A DNA stretch of 64,000 nt from the human T2T-CHM13v2.0 reference genome, Homo sapiens. Position 1 is the first letter of the stretch; each line of letters opens with the position of its first letter. The position numbers and the translations under genes are program-made. This document shows positions 1 to 14,360 of the stretch, piece after piece. The notes beneath the pieces were generated by a model. It saw nothing but the letters and a program-made list of their open reading frames with translations, did no database searches and was not told the DNA's origin. The DNA lies in the NCBI RefSeq assembly GCF_009914755.1, contig NC_060947.1; one strand, given 5' to 3'.

Positions 1-2382
1 AATTTATTTCATCGGTGTTTTATAGCTGTCCTAGAGATCTTTCTCCTCCATGGTTAGCTGTATTCACTGGTATTTTAATTTTTTTTGTGGCTACTGTAAA
101 TGAGATTACCTTCTTGATTTGTCTCTCAGCTTGAATGATATTTGTGTATAGAAATGCTACTTATTTTTGTATATTAATTTAGTCTTCTGAAATTTTACTG
201 AAGTCATCTATCAGTTCCACGAATATTTTGACAGAGTCTTTAGGGTTTTCTAGGTATAGAATTATATCATCCATGAAGGGAAATAGTTTGACACCTTCTT
301 TTCCAAGCTGGATGTCTTTTATATCTTTCTCTTGTCTGATTGATATGGCTAGGACTATAATGAATGGGAGAGGTAAGAGTGGGCATCTGTGTCTTATTCC
401 AGTTGTCAAGGGGAATGCTTCCAGTTTTTGTCCTTTCAGTATAATGTTGGCTGTGGGTTTGTCATAGGTGGCTCTTATTATTTTGAGGTATGTTCCTTTG
501 GTGCCTAGTTATTGAGGGTTTTTAACATCATGAGTAGATGTTGAATTTTATTGAAAACTTTTTCTGTGTTTATTGAGATGATCATATGGTTTTTGTTTTT
601 AATTCTGTTTATCTGGTGAATTATGTTTATTGATTTGCATATGTTGAACCAACCTTCCATCCCAGGAATGAAGCCTACTTGATCATGGTGAATTAACTTA
701 TTGATGTGCTGTTGGATTTGGTTTGCTAGTATGTTGTTGAGGATATTTGAGTCAAAGTTCATCAGGGATACTTGTCTGTAGTTTTTTGTTGTTGTTGTTG
801 TGCCTTTGCCAGATTTTGGGATCAGAATGATGCTGGCTTTGTAGAATGAGTTATGGGGGATTCCTCCCTCCTCTATGTTTTGGAACCATTTCAGTAGAAT
901 TTGTATCCACCGTGATTTGTATGCCTGGCAGAATTTGGATGTAAATCCATCAGGTCCAGGGCATGTTTTTTTTTTTTTTTTTTTTTGGTTGGTAGGTTTT
1001 TATTTTGATTACTAACTCAATTTCAGAACTCGCTATTGGTCTGTTCAGAGTTTCAATTTCTTCCTGATTCAATCTTGGGAGAGTGTGTGTTTCCAGGAAT
1101 TTATCAGTTTTCTCTAGATTTTCTAGTTTGTGTGCATAGAGGTTTTTCATAATAGCCTCTAATTATCTTTTATATTTTTATGGGTTGGTTGTAATTTTAC
1201 CTTTGTTGTTTCTGATTTTGCTTATTTGGACCTTCTCTCTTTTTTCCTTTGCTAATCTAGCTAGCAGGCTATTGATCTTGTTTATCCTTTCAAAGAAACA
1301 GACTTTTGGTTTTGTTGATTCTTCATATGGATTTTTACATCTCAATTTCCTTCAGTTCGTCTCTGGTTTTACTTATTTTCTGCTAGCTTTGGCGGTAATT
1401 TGTTATTGTTTTTCTAGTTCCTCTGGGTATGATGTTAGATCATTAATTTGAGTTCTTTCTAACTTTTTGAGGTAGGTGTCTTCTATGTAATTATGTGGTT
1501 TTATGAGATCTTCTTGATATTAATTTCCATTTGTATTTCATTGTATTCCAAGAGTATGATTTTATTTTTTGAAGTTATTGAGACTTGCTTTATGGCCAAG
1601 CATGTGGTCAATCTTGGAGTATGTTCTGAGTGCATATGAGAAGAATGTATATTCTGAGGTTGATGGGTGGAATATTCTGTAGATGCCTATGAGGTCCAAC
1701 TGATCAAATGTTGAGTTCAAGTCCAGGATTTCTTTGTTAGTTTTCTGCCTTGATGATCTGTCTAGTGGTGTCAGTGGGGTGTTGAAGTTCCACACTATTA
1801 TTGTGTGGCTAAGTCTTTTGTAGGTTTAGAAGTACTTGTTTTATGAATTTGGGTGCTCTAATGTTGGGTGTGTACATATTTAGGATATTTTAGTCTTCTT
1901 GTTGAATTGAACCCTTTATCAATACTGTTGTTGGTTGAAATTCTGTTTTATCTGACATAAGAATCATGACCCCTGCTCTTTTTTGGTTTCCATTTGTCTG
2001 ATAGATCTTTCTCTAATCCTTTATGGGTGTCATTACATTTATATGTGAGATGGGTCTCTTAAGACAGCAATGGATTTCTCTCATTTTTTAATCCACTTAC
2101 CACTCTGGGCCTTTTAGATGGGGCATTTAGGCCATTTGCATTCAAGATTAATATTGATATAGGAGGTTTTGATCATATCATGAAGTTTTTAGCTGGTTGT
2201 TTTGTAGTTTGTATTGTGTGGTTGCTTTATAGGGTCTGTGGGCTATGTACTCAAGTGTGTCTTTGTCGTAGTAGGTATCATTCTTTTGTTTCCATGTTTA
2301 GAAATCCCTTAAGGATCTCTTTTAAGACTGGTCTAGTGGTAAAAAAATTTCCCTTAGCACTTACTTGTCTGGAAAATATTTT

Positions 2383-4280
2383 AATTTTAATTTTAAGTTC
2401 TGAGGTACATGTACAGGATGTGTAGGTTTGTTACATAGGTAAACATGTGCCATGGTGTTTTGCTGCACCTATCAACCCATCACCTAGGTATTAAGCCTAG
2501 CATGCATTAGCTATTTTTCCTAATACTCTCCCTCCCCCAACCCCACCCCCCAACAGGCCCCAGTGTGTGTTGTTCCCCTCTCTGTGTCCACGTGTTCTCA
2601 TTGTTCAGCTCCCACTTATAAGTGAGAACATGAAGTGTTTAGTTTTCTGTTCCTGAATTAGTTTGCTGACAGTAATGGCTTCCAGCTCCATCCATGTCCC
2701 TGCAGAGGACATGATCTCATTCCTTTTGATGGCTGCATATTATTCCATGGTGTACATTACCACATTTTCTTTATCCAGTCTATCATTGATGTGCATTTAG
2801 GTTGATTCCATGTATTTGCTATTGTGAATAGTGCTGCAATGAACAATTGTGTGCATATATCTTTGTAATAGAATGATTTATATTCCTTTGGGTATATACC
2901 CAGTAATAAGACTGCTGGGTCAAATGGTATTTCTGGTTCTAGATCTTTGAGAAATCACCACACCATCTTCCACAATGGTTGAATTAATTTACATTCCCAC
3001 AAATGGCATAAAAGTGTTCTTATTTCTCTGCAACCTCACCAGCATCTGTTGTTTCTTGACTTTTTAATGATCACCATTCTGAGTGGCATGGGATGGTATC
3101 TCATTGTGGTTTTGATTTGCATTTCTCTAATGATCAGTGATGTTGAGCTTTTTTTCATATGTTTGTTGGCCACATGAATGTCTTCTTTTGAGAAATGTCT
3201 GTTCAGGTCCTTTGCCTACTTTTAATGGGGTTGCTTTTTTAAAAAAATTTGTTTAAGTTCCTTGTAGATTCTGGATACTAGACCTTTGTCAAATGGATAG
3301 ATTGCAAAAATTTTCTCCGCTCTGTATGTTCCCTGTTCACTCTGATGATAGTTGTTTTTCTGTTGTTGTTTTGTTTTGTTTTGTTTTTGCTGTGCAGAAT
3401 CTCTTTAGTTTAATTATGAAACTGCCTTTGCAACATTATGATGGAGACAGTGAAATAGATCTAACTTAATCAACTCCATGTTGCTTCTAACCTCCAAGCT
3501 GTCCTTGTTCATTCATGGGTATAGGCTGAATTAACTTTGGGAGAAGCTTACTTCATAGTTTATAGTTTAATATGAAGACAATAACAGCCCTTTCCCAAAG
3601 CAGACCTCCTTCATGCCTGGGAATTAGATTGCCTTTGTAGGACTAACATTAGCCACAAGATTAGAAATTATGGTTTGAAAGTCATGCGGCTGGAGGCTAC
3701 AAGTTTCTGACCCTTCCTAAACTGCTCCTAAGATCAGTGCTTGAAATATTTTGCAGACCCTGCACTTGATGGATCAGCTGGCACTACCCAGGTTGATAAG
3801 TTGTCTCATCTAATCATCTAATCTTGTGGCCCCCACCCAGGTACTGACTCAGTACAGGAAGATAGCTTCGACTCCCTGTGATTTCATTTCTGACCAATCA
3901 ATGCTTCTGGCTCACTGGCTTCCCTCAAACCACCAAGTTGTCCTTAAAAACTCTCCTCCCTGAATGCTCGGAGACACTGATTTGAGTAATAAAACTCTGG
4001 TGTCCCGCACAGCCGGCTCTGCGTGAATTACCCTTTCCCTATTGCAGTTCCCCTGTCTTGAGAAATCAGCTATGTCTAGTCGGTGGGAAAGGTGAACCCA
4101 TTGGGTGGATATAATTAGATACAATTTGTCAAATTTTGTTTTTGTTGCAATTACTTTTGGTGATTTCATCATGAAATCTTTGCCTATGCCAATGTCCTGA
4201 ATGGTATTGCCTAGATTCCCTTCTAGGGTTTTTATAGTTTGGGGTTTTACATTTAAGTCTTTAATCCATCTTGAGTTAAC
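2383..4280 (-). mobile_element. 5'-truncated L1 (about L1PA8-10) nested in the older L1
   Basis: L1 3'UTR (ttttaagttctgaggtacatg...) and ORF2 C-terminal sequence; host L1 resumes at tgaagctta near 4282. Confidence 0.9.
3417..4113 (+). mobile_element. Solo LTR, LTR8-like (ERV1)
   Basis: Starts tgaaactgcctttgcaa, ends gaacccattgggtggatata; ~700 bp; AATAAA near 3988; 4-bp TSD atta (3413-3416, 4114-4117) splitting the L1 sequence. Confidence 0.88.
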
Positions 4281-7200
4281 TTGAAGCTTAGGTTGGTGGG
4301 ATATGAAATTCTTGGTTGGAATTTCTTTTCTTTAAGAATGTTGAAAATAGGCCCAGAATCTCTCTTGGCTTTTAAGGCTTCTGCTGAGAAGTCTGTTGTT
4401 AGCCTGATGGGGTTCCCTTTGCAAGTGACCTGTCTCTTCTCTAGCCATCTTTAAGATTTTTTCTTTAGCATTGACTTTGGATAGTCTGGTGACTGCATGC
4501 CTTGGTGATGTTTCTTTTGTATAGAATCTTCCAGGTGTTCTTTGGATTTCTTCTATCTGGATGTCTATCTCTAGCACGATTAGGGAAATTTTCTTGAATT
4601 ATTCCCTCAAATATGTTTTCCAGGCTGTTTACTTTTTCTTCCCTCTCAGGAATGCCAATAATTTGTAAGTTACATCACTTTAGATAATCCCATATTCCTT
4701 GAAGACTTTGTTCTTGTATTTATTTTATTTTTGTCTGGGTTAGTTTGAAAGACCATCTTCAAGCTCTGAAATTTTTTATTCTGCTTGGTTCAATCTGTTG
4801 ATAAAGATTTCAGTTATATTCTGAAGTTCCTTAACTGAGTTTTTCAATTTCAGAAGCTCTGATTGATTTCTTTTTAAAATGTTTATCTCTTCCTTCATTT
4901 CCTGGATTGATTTAGAAGTGTCTTCGTGTTGATTTTCAACCTTGTCTTGGGTCTCAGTGAGCTTCCTTACAATCCATTCTTTGACTTCTTTATCTGTCAT
5001 TTCTGAGTTTCCACTTTGGTTAGGGACCATTTCTGGAGAGCTAGTGTGATCCTTTGATCATGTCACTACATTCAGATTTTTTATGGTGCCAGAATTCTTG
5101 CACTGTTTCTGTCTCATCTGGAGACACTGGCACTTCTAATTTTTTAATTATTTTCATGCAGGTAGGATTTCTTCTTATTTTTTCCCTGTAATATTATTGT
5201 TTTTCTTTTCCTTTCCCTTCCCTGCAGGGGGTACAACTGTAGAGAATGCTGGGTAGGATATTTTGGCTTCACTTTCATAGCCCTATGCACTTTTGGGGGG
5301 CAGGTTTTATATTGGGCTGTGTAGTTTGACCTATAAGGTAGTCGATGGTACTTACAGGTAAGAGCTGGCTGTGGCCAATGCAGTGGGGTATGTACTTGAT
5401 CCTTGTTCACTGGCACAGGCTCTCTGTTGCCTCAGGCAATGGGTTGACTCATGGAATGCACAGTGGTCTGAGCTCCCTGCTCAGGCCGGGGACAGGGAAG
5501 CCCAATGGGTGGGGCCAGACCAGGCAGGTCCACTTACAGGTTCTCTGATGGCAGGCATAAGCACTGAGGGTGAATCTAGTGGGTGGCCACCAGACACCCA
5601 GAGGTGTGCCTACGTATGGAGCTGAGAAACCTCCTTAGCCCCAGGTTCTTTGCACAGGGATGGTGGGTAGCTCATGCTCCTATTCCAGAGGAATGGGTGC
5701 TCCAGATACCTGGAGATCTACCTGAGTGTGGAGCAGAGGGACCCCTGCACCAATATTTCTGCAAAGGAGGGGTGGGGGTGACTCAGGCTGCTAAACCAGG
5801 AATGCAGGTGCTCTAAATGCCTGGAGCTCTGCCTGGGTGTGTAGCAGAGAGGGCCCTTCTGTACCAGGTTCTCTGCACAGGAAGTGTGTGGTGACTCAGG
5901 CTGCTGATCCAAGCAAGCTGGTTCTCTGAATGCCTGGAGTTCTGCCTGGACATGGAGTGCAGGGGGCCTTGCTATACCAGGATCTATGCCCATGAAGGGT
6001 CAGGAAGCTCAGGCTGTTGGTCCAGGCAAGTGGGTGGTCCAAATGTCTGGATTTCTGCTTAGGGGTATACCAGAGAGTGCCCTTGAGTGATACACCATCT
6101 CAAGGGGGAAAGCTGGAGCACCCAGCAATGGCACACACAGACTGGTTTCCAGTCATCAAGCTGGCCTTGGCTGCAAGTGTCACTGTCCAGGAGAAACTGC
6201 AGCTGTAGCAGCTCTCCTCCTGCCTGAGGCTTGCAATGGAGGAGAGCAGAATTCCAGTGCCTACTTCTGAAACCCTTTCCACAGTTCTGGCTGTGGATGT
6301 CCTTATCCCAGTCCAGGGCAGGCACTCTAGAGGTCTGGTCTGAGACGGCAATGCCTGTGTGGTCATGCTGCCAGGTTGCCACAGAATGGCTGACTTTGTA
6401 TGTGCCCAGATTAAAAATGATATCCTGCTCTCAGTCCCACATCTGGGAAAATGCCTGCAACTTTTCCTGGTGTCTTTCCCTTGCAGAGTCTCTAAGCCTC
6501 TCCTCAACTTACCTCCAGGTCTTGGGAGAAACAAAGTGTTCTCCCTTGGTCTTGGTTGCTCAGATTCCCAGTGGAAAGGTAAGTCACAGAGGGAGGCTCT
6601 CTGCTTCTCTCACATGCTGGAGCTTCACTCACTTAATAGCTAAATGCTGTCACGGGGGCTGTTTGCCAGTGTTCTCCACAGGACCAGGGATATCTTTCAT
6701 GATTCTAGTGGATTCCCATTTTCCTCCTTGAATTAAACTGCACAGAGTTTATATTTATGCACTGTCTTGCTACTTCCGAGTGGCTGAGGCATGCTAAAAG
6801 CCCCTAATCCACCATCTTGGAAAATGAAACTGTATTGCTACTGAAGACGTGGGATGTCCAATATGGCATTGCAAATAAGCATATATCTATAGACCAACAT
6901 TTATGTATATAATACTGTGTTAAATACTACAGGGAAAATATTAAAAAATAAGCAAAGATAGACATTGAAGAAATATTTACAAGCATGCTGAGTGTTATCA
7001 TGGAGAAGTACAGGTGCAATGGAAATGTTAAAGTGAGGGATCTTGTCAACTCTGCAAATCAGAGGAAACGCTCTGGAGGAATTGTCTACTTAAATGAGAC
7101 TTAATAGATGAGAATGTTAACCAGGTGAGGAAGTACTAGCATTCTAGGGAGAGAGGAAGCATGTATGGGGCCCTGGAGATGAGAGAGAAAATGGCATATT

Positions 7201-7371
7201 CTAGGAACCTTAAAAAGCGCAGTATGGCTGAAGAGTAGGAAACCATTAGGAGTTTGGCTGGAAGTAAGATTGGAGAGTAAGTTAGAAGTCACATTGTGAG
7301 GGACAATGGGAAACTATAAAAGGTTTTAAGAACAGAAAATGACCGGTGAGAAGTGCATTAAAAGATGTGGT

Positions 7372-7495
7372 GTAATTGGGCACAGTGTACACTGCTCAGG
7401 TAACAGGTGCACCAAAATCTCAGACACCCCCACTATAGAACTTCTCCATGTAACCAAAAACCACCTGTTCCCCCAAAACTATTGAAATACAATTT
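7372..7495 (+). mobile_element. Short L1 3'-end fragment (L1PB/L1MA-like)
   Basis: gtacactgctcaggtaacaggtgcaccaaaatctcag...ccatgtaaccaaaaaccacctgttccccc resembles an old L1 3' terminus. Confidence 0.75.
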
Positions 7496-7516
7496 TTTTT
7501 TTTTTAAAGAGATGGT

Positions 7517-7897
<381 letters not shown>

Positions 7898-8049
7898 TCA
7901 GTTTAGTACCCATACTTGGCTCTTGGACTGTGCTTATTAGACCTTGATATGGAGTAGTCCATTTGTGTTCCATGAAACTTTTGAAACCAGCTGATTGTCA
8001 AATGTCAAGCATCTCAAGAGATTCTGCCTGGGTTGGCTTTATGGTTCCA

Positions 8050-8480
8050 TTTATATGTATGTTCTATATAATATATAAATTCTATAATTTATATAATAAT
8101 ATAATATATAAATTCTATAATTTATATAATAATATAATATAATAACATATACATTCTATAATTCTAGTACCTACTGCTGACATGTAATATTATATAGATA
8201 TAACTGCTGATCTGTAATATATATAATTCCTGACATGTATTATATATTACAATGTAATATATATTAGATGTAACATATATTACATCTCATAATGTATACC
8301 TCTCATACATTATATATATATTACAAGGTCTAATTAGAGAAGTCTAACTAGAGAAATCACATCAAGGTCTAATTAGAGAAGTATGTACATCTCAGCAGTT
8401 ATATATATATATAATATTACATCTAGAATTATATTACAATAGAATATACATATATATGTGTGCATATATATAATATTACA
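8050..8480. repeat. AT-rich low-complexity block with short direct and inverted repeats
   Basis: 33-bp tandem duplication at 8067-8132; caaggtctaattagagaagt occurs twice; acatctcagcagt-like motif occurs in both orientations. Confidence 0.85.
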
Positions 8481-8814
8481 TCTCAGCAGTAGGCATTAAA
8501 ATTCTGCTCTCCCCCATTGCAAGCCTGGGGTAGGAGGAGAGCTGGCATCCAGGACCAGCTTGGTGACCTGCATCCAGTCTGTGTGCCATTGCTGGGTGCT
8601 GCAGCCTGCTCCCCTGAGAAAGTGGTGCAGCAGGGTGCTCTCTCTGCCGTACCCCCAGGGTGCTCTCTCTGCCATACCCCCAAGCAGAAATCCAGGCATT
8701 TGGAGCACCCACTTGCCTAGACCAGCAGCCTGAGCTGCCCCACCCATTATGGACATAGGTCCTGGTACAACAGGGCCCTCTCCACTCCACACCCAGACTG
8801 AGGCCGATCTCCAG
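8481..8814 (+). mobile_element. Isolated internal fragment of an old L1 5'UTR
   Basis: Diverged reverse-complement match to ~5945-6272 of the neighbouring L1 5'UTR. Confidence 0.85.
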
Positions 8815-10547
8815 TTTATATATGTATTAGGAGATGTTGGTAATGATTTGGAGTGGTTATTAGCCAATCAGGAGACAAATTGATAATTTTTTTCTCCCAA
8901 AATAGAAGAAAGACAGGAGAGAAATGAAGAGAGAGGAAAGGTAGAGCTATATAACCCAGTAGCAAGATGGACTATGAACAGTACTCAGTAGCTTTCTCAT
9001 ATGCTGTCAATGGATGGAGTGTGGTTCAGGAGGTTTGGATTCAGTTATATTATTTTCATATGACTTACCATTTTAACTTCCTTAGGGAATCACTTAAATT
9101 AGTCATGCCTTAGTTCTTTTCATGTAAAGACATTCTGGCTCAGAACCAACCATTGTGCAGTTTCACTTGATGAAATCATGTCATTTAGAGCATCTTGAAC
9201 TCCAGAGAGAGGTATCTCATGCGAGAAGTTTTTATTACAATTGTTATCTTCTGCTTGTTTGCACCTCAGTTCCTTAGAAAAGAAACACATTTTGAAGAAA
9301 TTCCTTTAATAAGGACTTGGCAATGTAGGCAGACTGCCTTGTGATATTCACACTTTTCTAACTGCAATATTGAGTGTGTGTCTTTGATGGGTCTCTTATG
9401 GCAGGTGTACTGACTTTTTTTCCCCTCCTGGTGTCGGTGTAATATTTTTACAGAACGGCAGAGGGTATATGAATAGATCCTGATGTAAGGTGTGAACAAG
9501 GAAGAAAGATGTTTGCTCTGGCTTTGGCTTATCTTCTAGCAAAGTTGCCTAGAATGTGGTTGTAAATGACTGTCATGTAGTAAACTCTGCCTACCTTCCC
9601 TGTCTCTTCTCTAAGCTAAAATAACTAGCACTGTTTTGTTCATTTATGCAAACTTGTGCTTTTTTTTTTTAATATGTAGAGAGATGATGCTAAGTCATCA
9701 GCAGCATTGTGGCTCTGACTTGTTTTTACTAGTAGATGGGTTGCATCTGAGCTTTTCACTTGCCTTACTTCACTGAGGACCAATATAGTGTCTCTGGGGG
9801 ACAATGGTCAAGGTGAGGCTTTTCGTCTGTGGCTGTGATATAGAGTGAGTCTCATTGGCTTACACAGGATATAACTGCAATTTTGACCTCAGTGCTATGC
9901 TCAATTTAGTTGAGTGAGGTTGCTTATGGGGTACCAATGAATCCCAGAGGGCAGAACTCACTCTCAAAAATGTAACTTGTCTATTAGTCAGTGGACAAAC
10001 ATATAACTGAAGAGTATGCAGATGTTTCCCATTGAAATGAGAAAATAAATTTTAATAACTTTTTTTTGTATCTTTTAAGGAAGAGCCTGGAATTCTCCAT
10101 TCAGTTGCCACCCATAGTGTGTCTCATTGTTTTCTGTTATTGTAGGTTTCTAGGTCAGATGCTGATCACGAAATTATTTGTCATAACCTTCTGTTTGAAA
10201 CTGAAGCATTTTTTTTTAAAAAAAGTTTTGTCTCATAATGTCTAGAAACTGCCTTTACATTATAAAGTTGCTTGTATTTATCCACAGCCTGGAATAATCT
10301 ATTGATGGTATTTTACTTCTAAACAGTAAGAAAGATATGCTGTAATCTGTTGGGAAGACTGTATTCTTTGTACTTATCTAGGTTAAAGGAAACAGTAGTA
10401 GCTTGACCTCTAGATATTTGGCTTCATATGCCTTGGCTGCTTGGTAGAAGTCATCCCATATTGAATATACATTGTTTCCAAAGGACATTTCTGCTTCTGG
10501 AGTAGCTCCAAACACACACTGCTATGCTTATAAAACAGGGCTGAGGG

Positions 10548-10757
10548 AAGTAGTTTGCTGGAACCAGTTTGCTCTTGCTAGTTAAGAGTCGATTGTGTAC
10601 ATTTCTTTTCAACACTGTGTTGAATGACATAACATTGGTAGATTGAAACAGGTCATGATGGGAGTATTCACACCACAGGAATAGGCAAAGGCTACCCATC
10701 AGGGGTCCCTCTCCCCTTGGAGAGTCAGTTGTTGAATACTTAACAACACACCACTGG
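10548..10757 (+). mobile_element. MER63-like hAT DNA transposon remnant
   Basis: gagtcgattgtgtacat...ggtagattgaaa...gggagtattcacaccac and terminal acaccactgg resemble MER63. Confidence 0.65.
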
Positions 10758-11509
10758 TTGGAGGTTGTTATCCCAGCCATTGAGGCCTACCCCAGAGTAG
10801 ACTTGACATATTCCATTTTATTCCTGGAATTGGGACTGACTCAGGCCTCCCCAGGTTTTGGGGGAACTATTCTAAAGGAATAAGCCAATTCAAATCCACA
10901 CTTTTGAAACTGGGTGAGAAAGAGCCAAGTCATCTGAAGGATGAAGGTCCAGAATGGGGCTGAATTACCATTCAGTTTATCGCATTCAGAGCAATGTTGT
11001 CTAACAGACTGATTCCAGGTGCTAGCCATTTACTGTAAATAAGAAATATGAACTATTTTGTCACTGGAACAATTTACCAAACAAGTACCTTCCTGTCAAT
11101 TCATGGTAAAGTAATGAGAGAAACAAGAGAAGTCCTCAACTTGAGTATACTTTGTAAGTGGTTTAGCTTCCTGGCAGGCACTGATGTATTTCATGTGTAT
11201 CCATCTCATCCCTGCAGATTCTCTTAGCTTAATGATTGTCAAAACACTGTAAATAGTCGGTGATATTGAAGATGGCAATTTCCATAAACTATTTATTCTT
11301 TCTTTTTGACAAAAAATGACTTCCTATTTTTTTAAGAATGCCTCAAACACCTGGGTTTTGGTGCTTTCATTTTTAGAATGAACATTCCTCCTACTTGGCA
11401 GTTAATATTTTCGACTTTCAGAACACTTTTGGAATACGGCTTGACTTTAAAACTTTTACCATTAAAATATTTACAACGCATGTAATAGGTATAGGGATAC
11501 TTTCATTAC

Positions 11510-12200
11510 AAATCATTAAAAAAAATCTGAACACCTGAATGAAAACTTGGACAAAAGATATGAGCAAAGCTATCTACAGAAAAAAGGAAATACAAGTAGT
11601 CAATAAATATATGAAAAGATGATCTATCTAATTCATATTGAAAATGTAAATGCAAATGAAAACACCATATCAATGTTGGTTGAGAATATGAAGTAAATAA
11701 GCCATCTCATATACTATTGGTGGGAGTATACATTGGTATTAGGTTTATTGGAGAAAATAAGGCAATATTTTCAAAAGGTAAGATGCATTTAGTTTTGGGC
11801 CCACTGTCCTTACTTCCAGAATTTATCTTACAAAAATATTTGTGTATGAACATTACATATACATATACATACACATGGCTATTCATTATAAAATTGTTTT
11901 AATAGCATAAAAACTGAGAAGTATCCATCATTAGGGATGATCTAACTAATTAGTTAAATTAATATGGAAACACCAGGCAGTGGTGTACTTTGTATTCACT
12001 AGAAAGTATGAGGTAGATCTACTTACACTAGCATAGAAAGATGTTCACTAAATATAGATGGCACTTGGTGAAAAAAATATTGTCCAATAATATGTCTTGT
12101 ATTACCTCACTTTCATTTAAAAATTATATATCACTCTTCACTATATATACTTCTGTAGAATTGAATATTTGAAAATAAGCAGGCATTACTCTTGTGTTTA
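11510..12200 (+). mobile_element. Ancient L1M (L1ME-like) 3' fragment
   Basis: Degenerate similarity to the L1 ORF2 end and 3'UTR. Confidence 0.55.
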
Positions 12201-12994
12201 AAATCTATTGGAAAATACTTTTGTTTTTATACTGTTCTGTAAGCTTGTTCTCCTCTATTAACAACATACTTTGAACTTATCCCTCCCTCACTCTTCCCAA
12301 CTGACGTGCAACATCATACCCCATGGATAAGCCATCCTCCATCCATCCATGCATCCATCCACATATTCATCTATCCACATACCTGTGCACCAAATTATTT
12401 CTTACTTACTTATTTAAACAATTTCTTTTTCCAGTTATAGAAGCAATGCTTACCCTTGGCCAAAACAAAACAAAAAATGAACAAGCAAAAACAATAACAA
12501 AATGGTACAGTTAGAGAAGGGTACATAAAAAAATACAGCTTGGACTCATTCTCCAGAGGCAACCACTTTAAGAGTTTTTGTTCTAGTGGTTACTTTTTTG
12601 CCATTAAATAATGTACTTATTATAATAATGTAAGTATTTATATCAACATTATATTATAATATTAGTAATATGCTTATATCTCCATTTGTTGTCTTCTTTT
12701 TCTTCTTCTCTTCTCTGCTCTCTTCTCCTTTCCTTGTCTATCTGTGTCAGGCTCAGAAGAAAGCCATAATCAGGATATCTCTAACCCTGGCATAGTTCAT
12801 GCCTTGGGATATTTGACCAAGATGGGAAGAACCAGAGAGGAAAATGGATATAATCATAGAGGGGTGGACCAGTAAAGAAATGTGGCCCCTCGTCTGTGCC
12901 AGTTCCTTACCTGAAACCAGAGAAGGCTAGATTGCAGTTGGTGTTTTAGCTGTGGATAAAACTTTAACCCAGAGTTCCTGGGACTCTTAATGGT

Positions 12995-13140
12995 ATGACG
13001 AAATGGAGAAAAACATGGCTTTTGAGTCCAAAAGACTGGATTTTGAATCCCCACTCTACCACTTTCTAGCTGTATAATCTTCAGGCAACTTGTTTAACTC
13101 CTTTGGGCTCTAGCATCCTTATCTGTAAACTGACAGTATT
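12995..13140 (+). mobile_element. MIR fragment
   Basis: ggcttttgagtcc...tttgaatccccactctaccactttctagctgt...cttatctgtaaa MIR core. Confidence 0.7.
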
Positions 13141-13455
13141 TTACTCAATATTATACTGTGGAAGTTAGATGATGATAATAACTAGCATTTGCTTATTACT
13201 ATGCATCAGATATGATTCTAAGTGCTAGATTGGGTCTCTGATTACAATGTATATCTCCTTCTCATGCTTACTATAATTATGATTAAATAATTTATTGTTT
13301 AATGTGTGTCTCTCCCAATGAATGTTAGTTTCATGAGGGCAAGGATCATGTCTGTCTTCCTCACAGTACTGTATTTTTAGTACCTGCTAAGTATATATAT
13401 TGATTCTCAGTATTTATTGACTAAATTAAGAGATATCTGGGTTGTGACTGTCTCA

Positions 13456-13458
<3 letters not shown>

Positions 13459-13490
<32 letters not shown>
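13459..13490. repeat. (GT)n microsatellite
   Basis: Uninterrupted GT run. Confidence 0.95.
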
Positions 13491-13493
<3 letters not shown>

Positions 13494-13983
13494 TGCGTGT
13501 CAGACTTTTATGACCCTGAGGCATAATTCGGTATTTGACTTCAAAGTGAGATGACCAGATGGTTTGTTTTTTATTTTACCAATGTCCTAACAGTCCTTTG
13601 GTAGCCCCAAATAAATATGAAATATAGAGTTGAAAATATTTGGGATTAATAATTCCTTATAAAAATAATTCTGCATTGATGGTCACCAAGTAGTAATACA
13701 TGCCCAGAACTTGGCTGTTTTATTAAAGTTTATTTAAGGAATAGGGAAATTTGGTAGGAAATACAGATCAGTGTGCTCAATAAAAAATCCTGCCAACTTT
13801 TCTATCTGTAAAGTGTATCTTTAGGCTATAACTCATAAAAAAAAAAGTAATGTTTTAATTGCAGATGACATATCAGTTTCTACCAGTTTGTTGTTATATA
13901 GGTAATGCAATTGATTAAGCTCAATTGGACCAGATCATTCTTTTACTGAATCTTTGTTCCAATTGTAGTGTTTTGTAGATAAC

Positions 13984-14266
13984 TTTTTTTTTTTTTTGAG
14001 ACAGAGTCTCACTCTGTCTCCCAGGCTGGAGTGCAGTGGTACAATCTCAGTTCTGTAGCCTCTGCCTCCCAGGTTCAAGCAGTTCTCCTGCCTCAGCCTC
14101 CTGAGTAGCTGAGACTACAGGCACGCACCAACACACCCGGTTAATTTTTGTATTTTTAGTAGAGACGTGGTTTCACCATTTTGGCCAGGATGGTCTCCAT
14201 CTCCTGACCTCATGATCCGCCCGCCTCGGCCTTCTAAAGTGCTGGGATTACAGGCATGAGCCACCA
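13984..14266 (-). mobile_element. AluS element (Sc/Sg-like)
   Basis: Poly-T followed by Alu reverse complement; possible TSD gataacttt/gatatcttt. Confidence 0.93.
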
Positions 14267-14360
14267 GGATATCTTTGCTCAACTGGGTTGGACAGTCGAG
14301 AACTGATTTTAATTTTATTGAGGGAAGCATTGGCTTGAATTTGTCTCTTTAAAACATCAA

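Larger units (their letters stand above)
1..6820 (-). mobile_element. Old primate L1 (L1PA15/16- or L1PB-like): 5'UTR, ORF1 and part of ORF2; interrupted at 2383-4280
   Basis: Decayed ORF2 peptides (179-1795) and ORF1 peptides (4332-5030); GC-rich repeated 5'UTR at ~5300-6800; YY1-type ccatcttgg end at ~6820. Confidence 0.92.

Noticed and set aside
5620-6070. Spaced ~120-bp repeats resembling an array
   Set aside because: Degenerate internal repeats of the old L1 5'UTR; not CRISPR-like.
5345-6731. Cluster of GC-rich ORFs up to 166 aa (similar cluster at 27.9-29.5 kb)
   Set aside because: They lie in old L1 5'UTRs, where GC-rich repeats make long stop-free frames likely.
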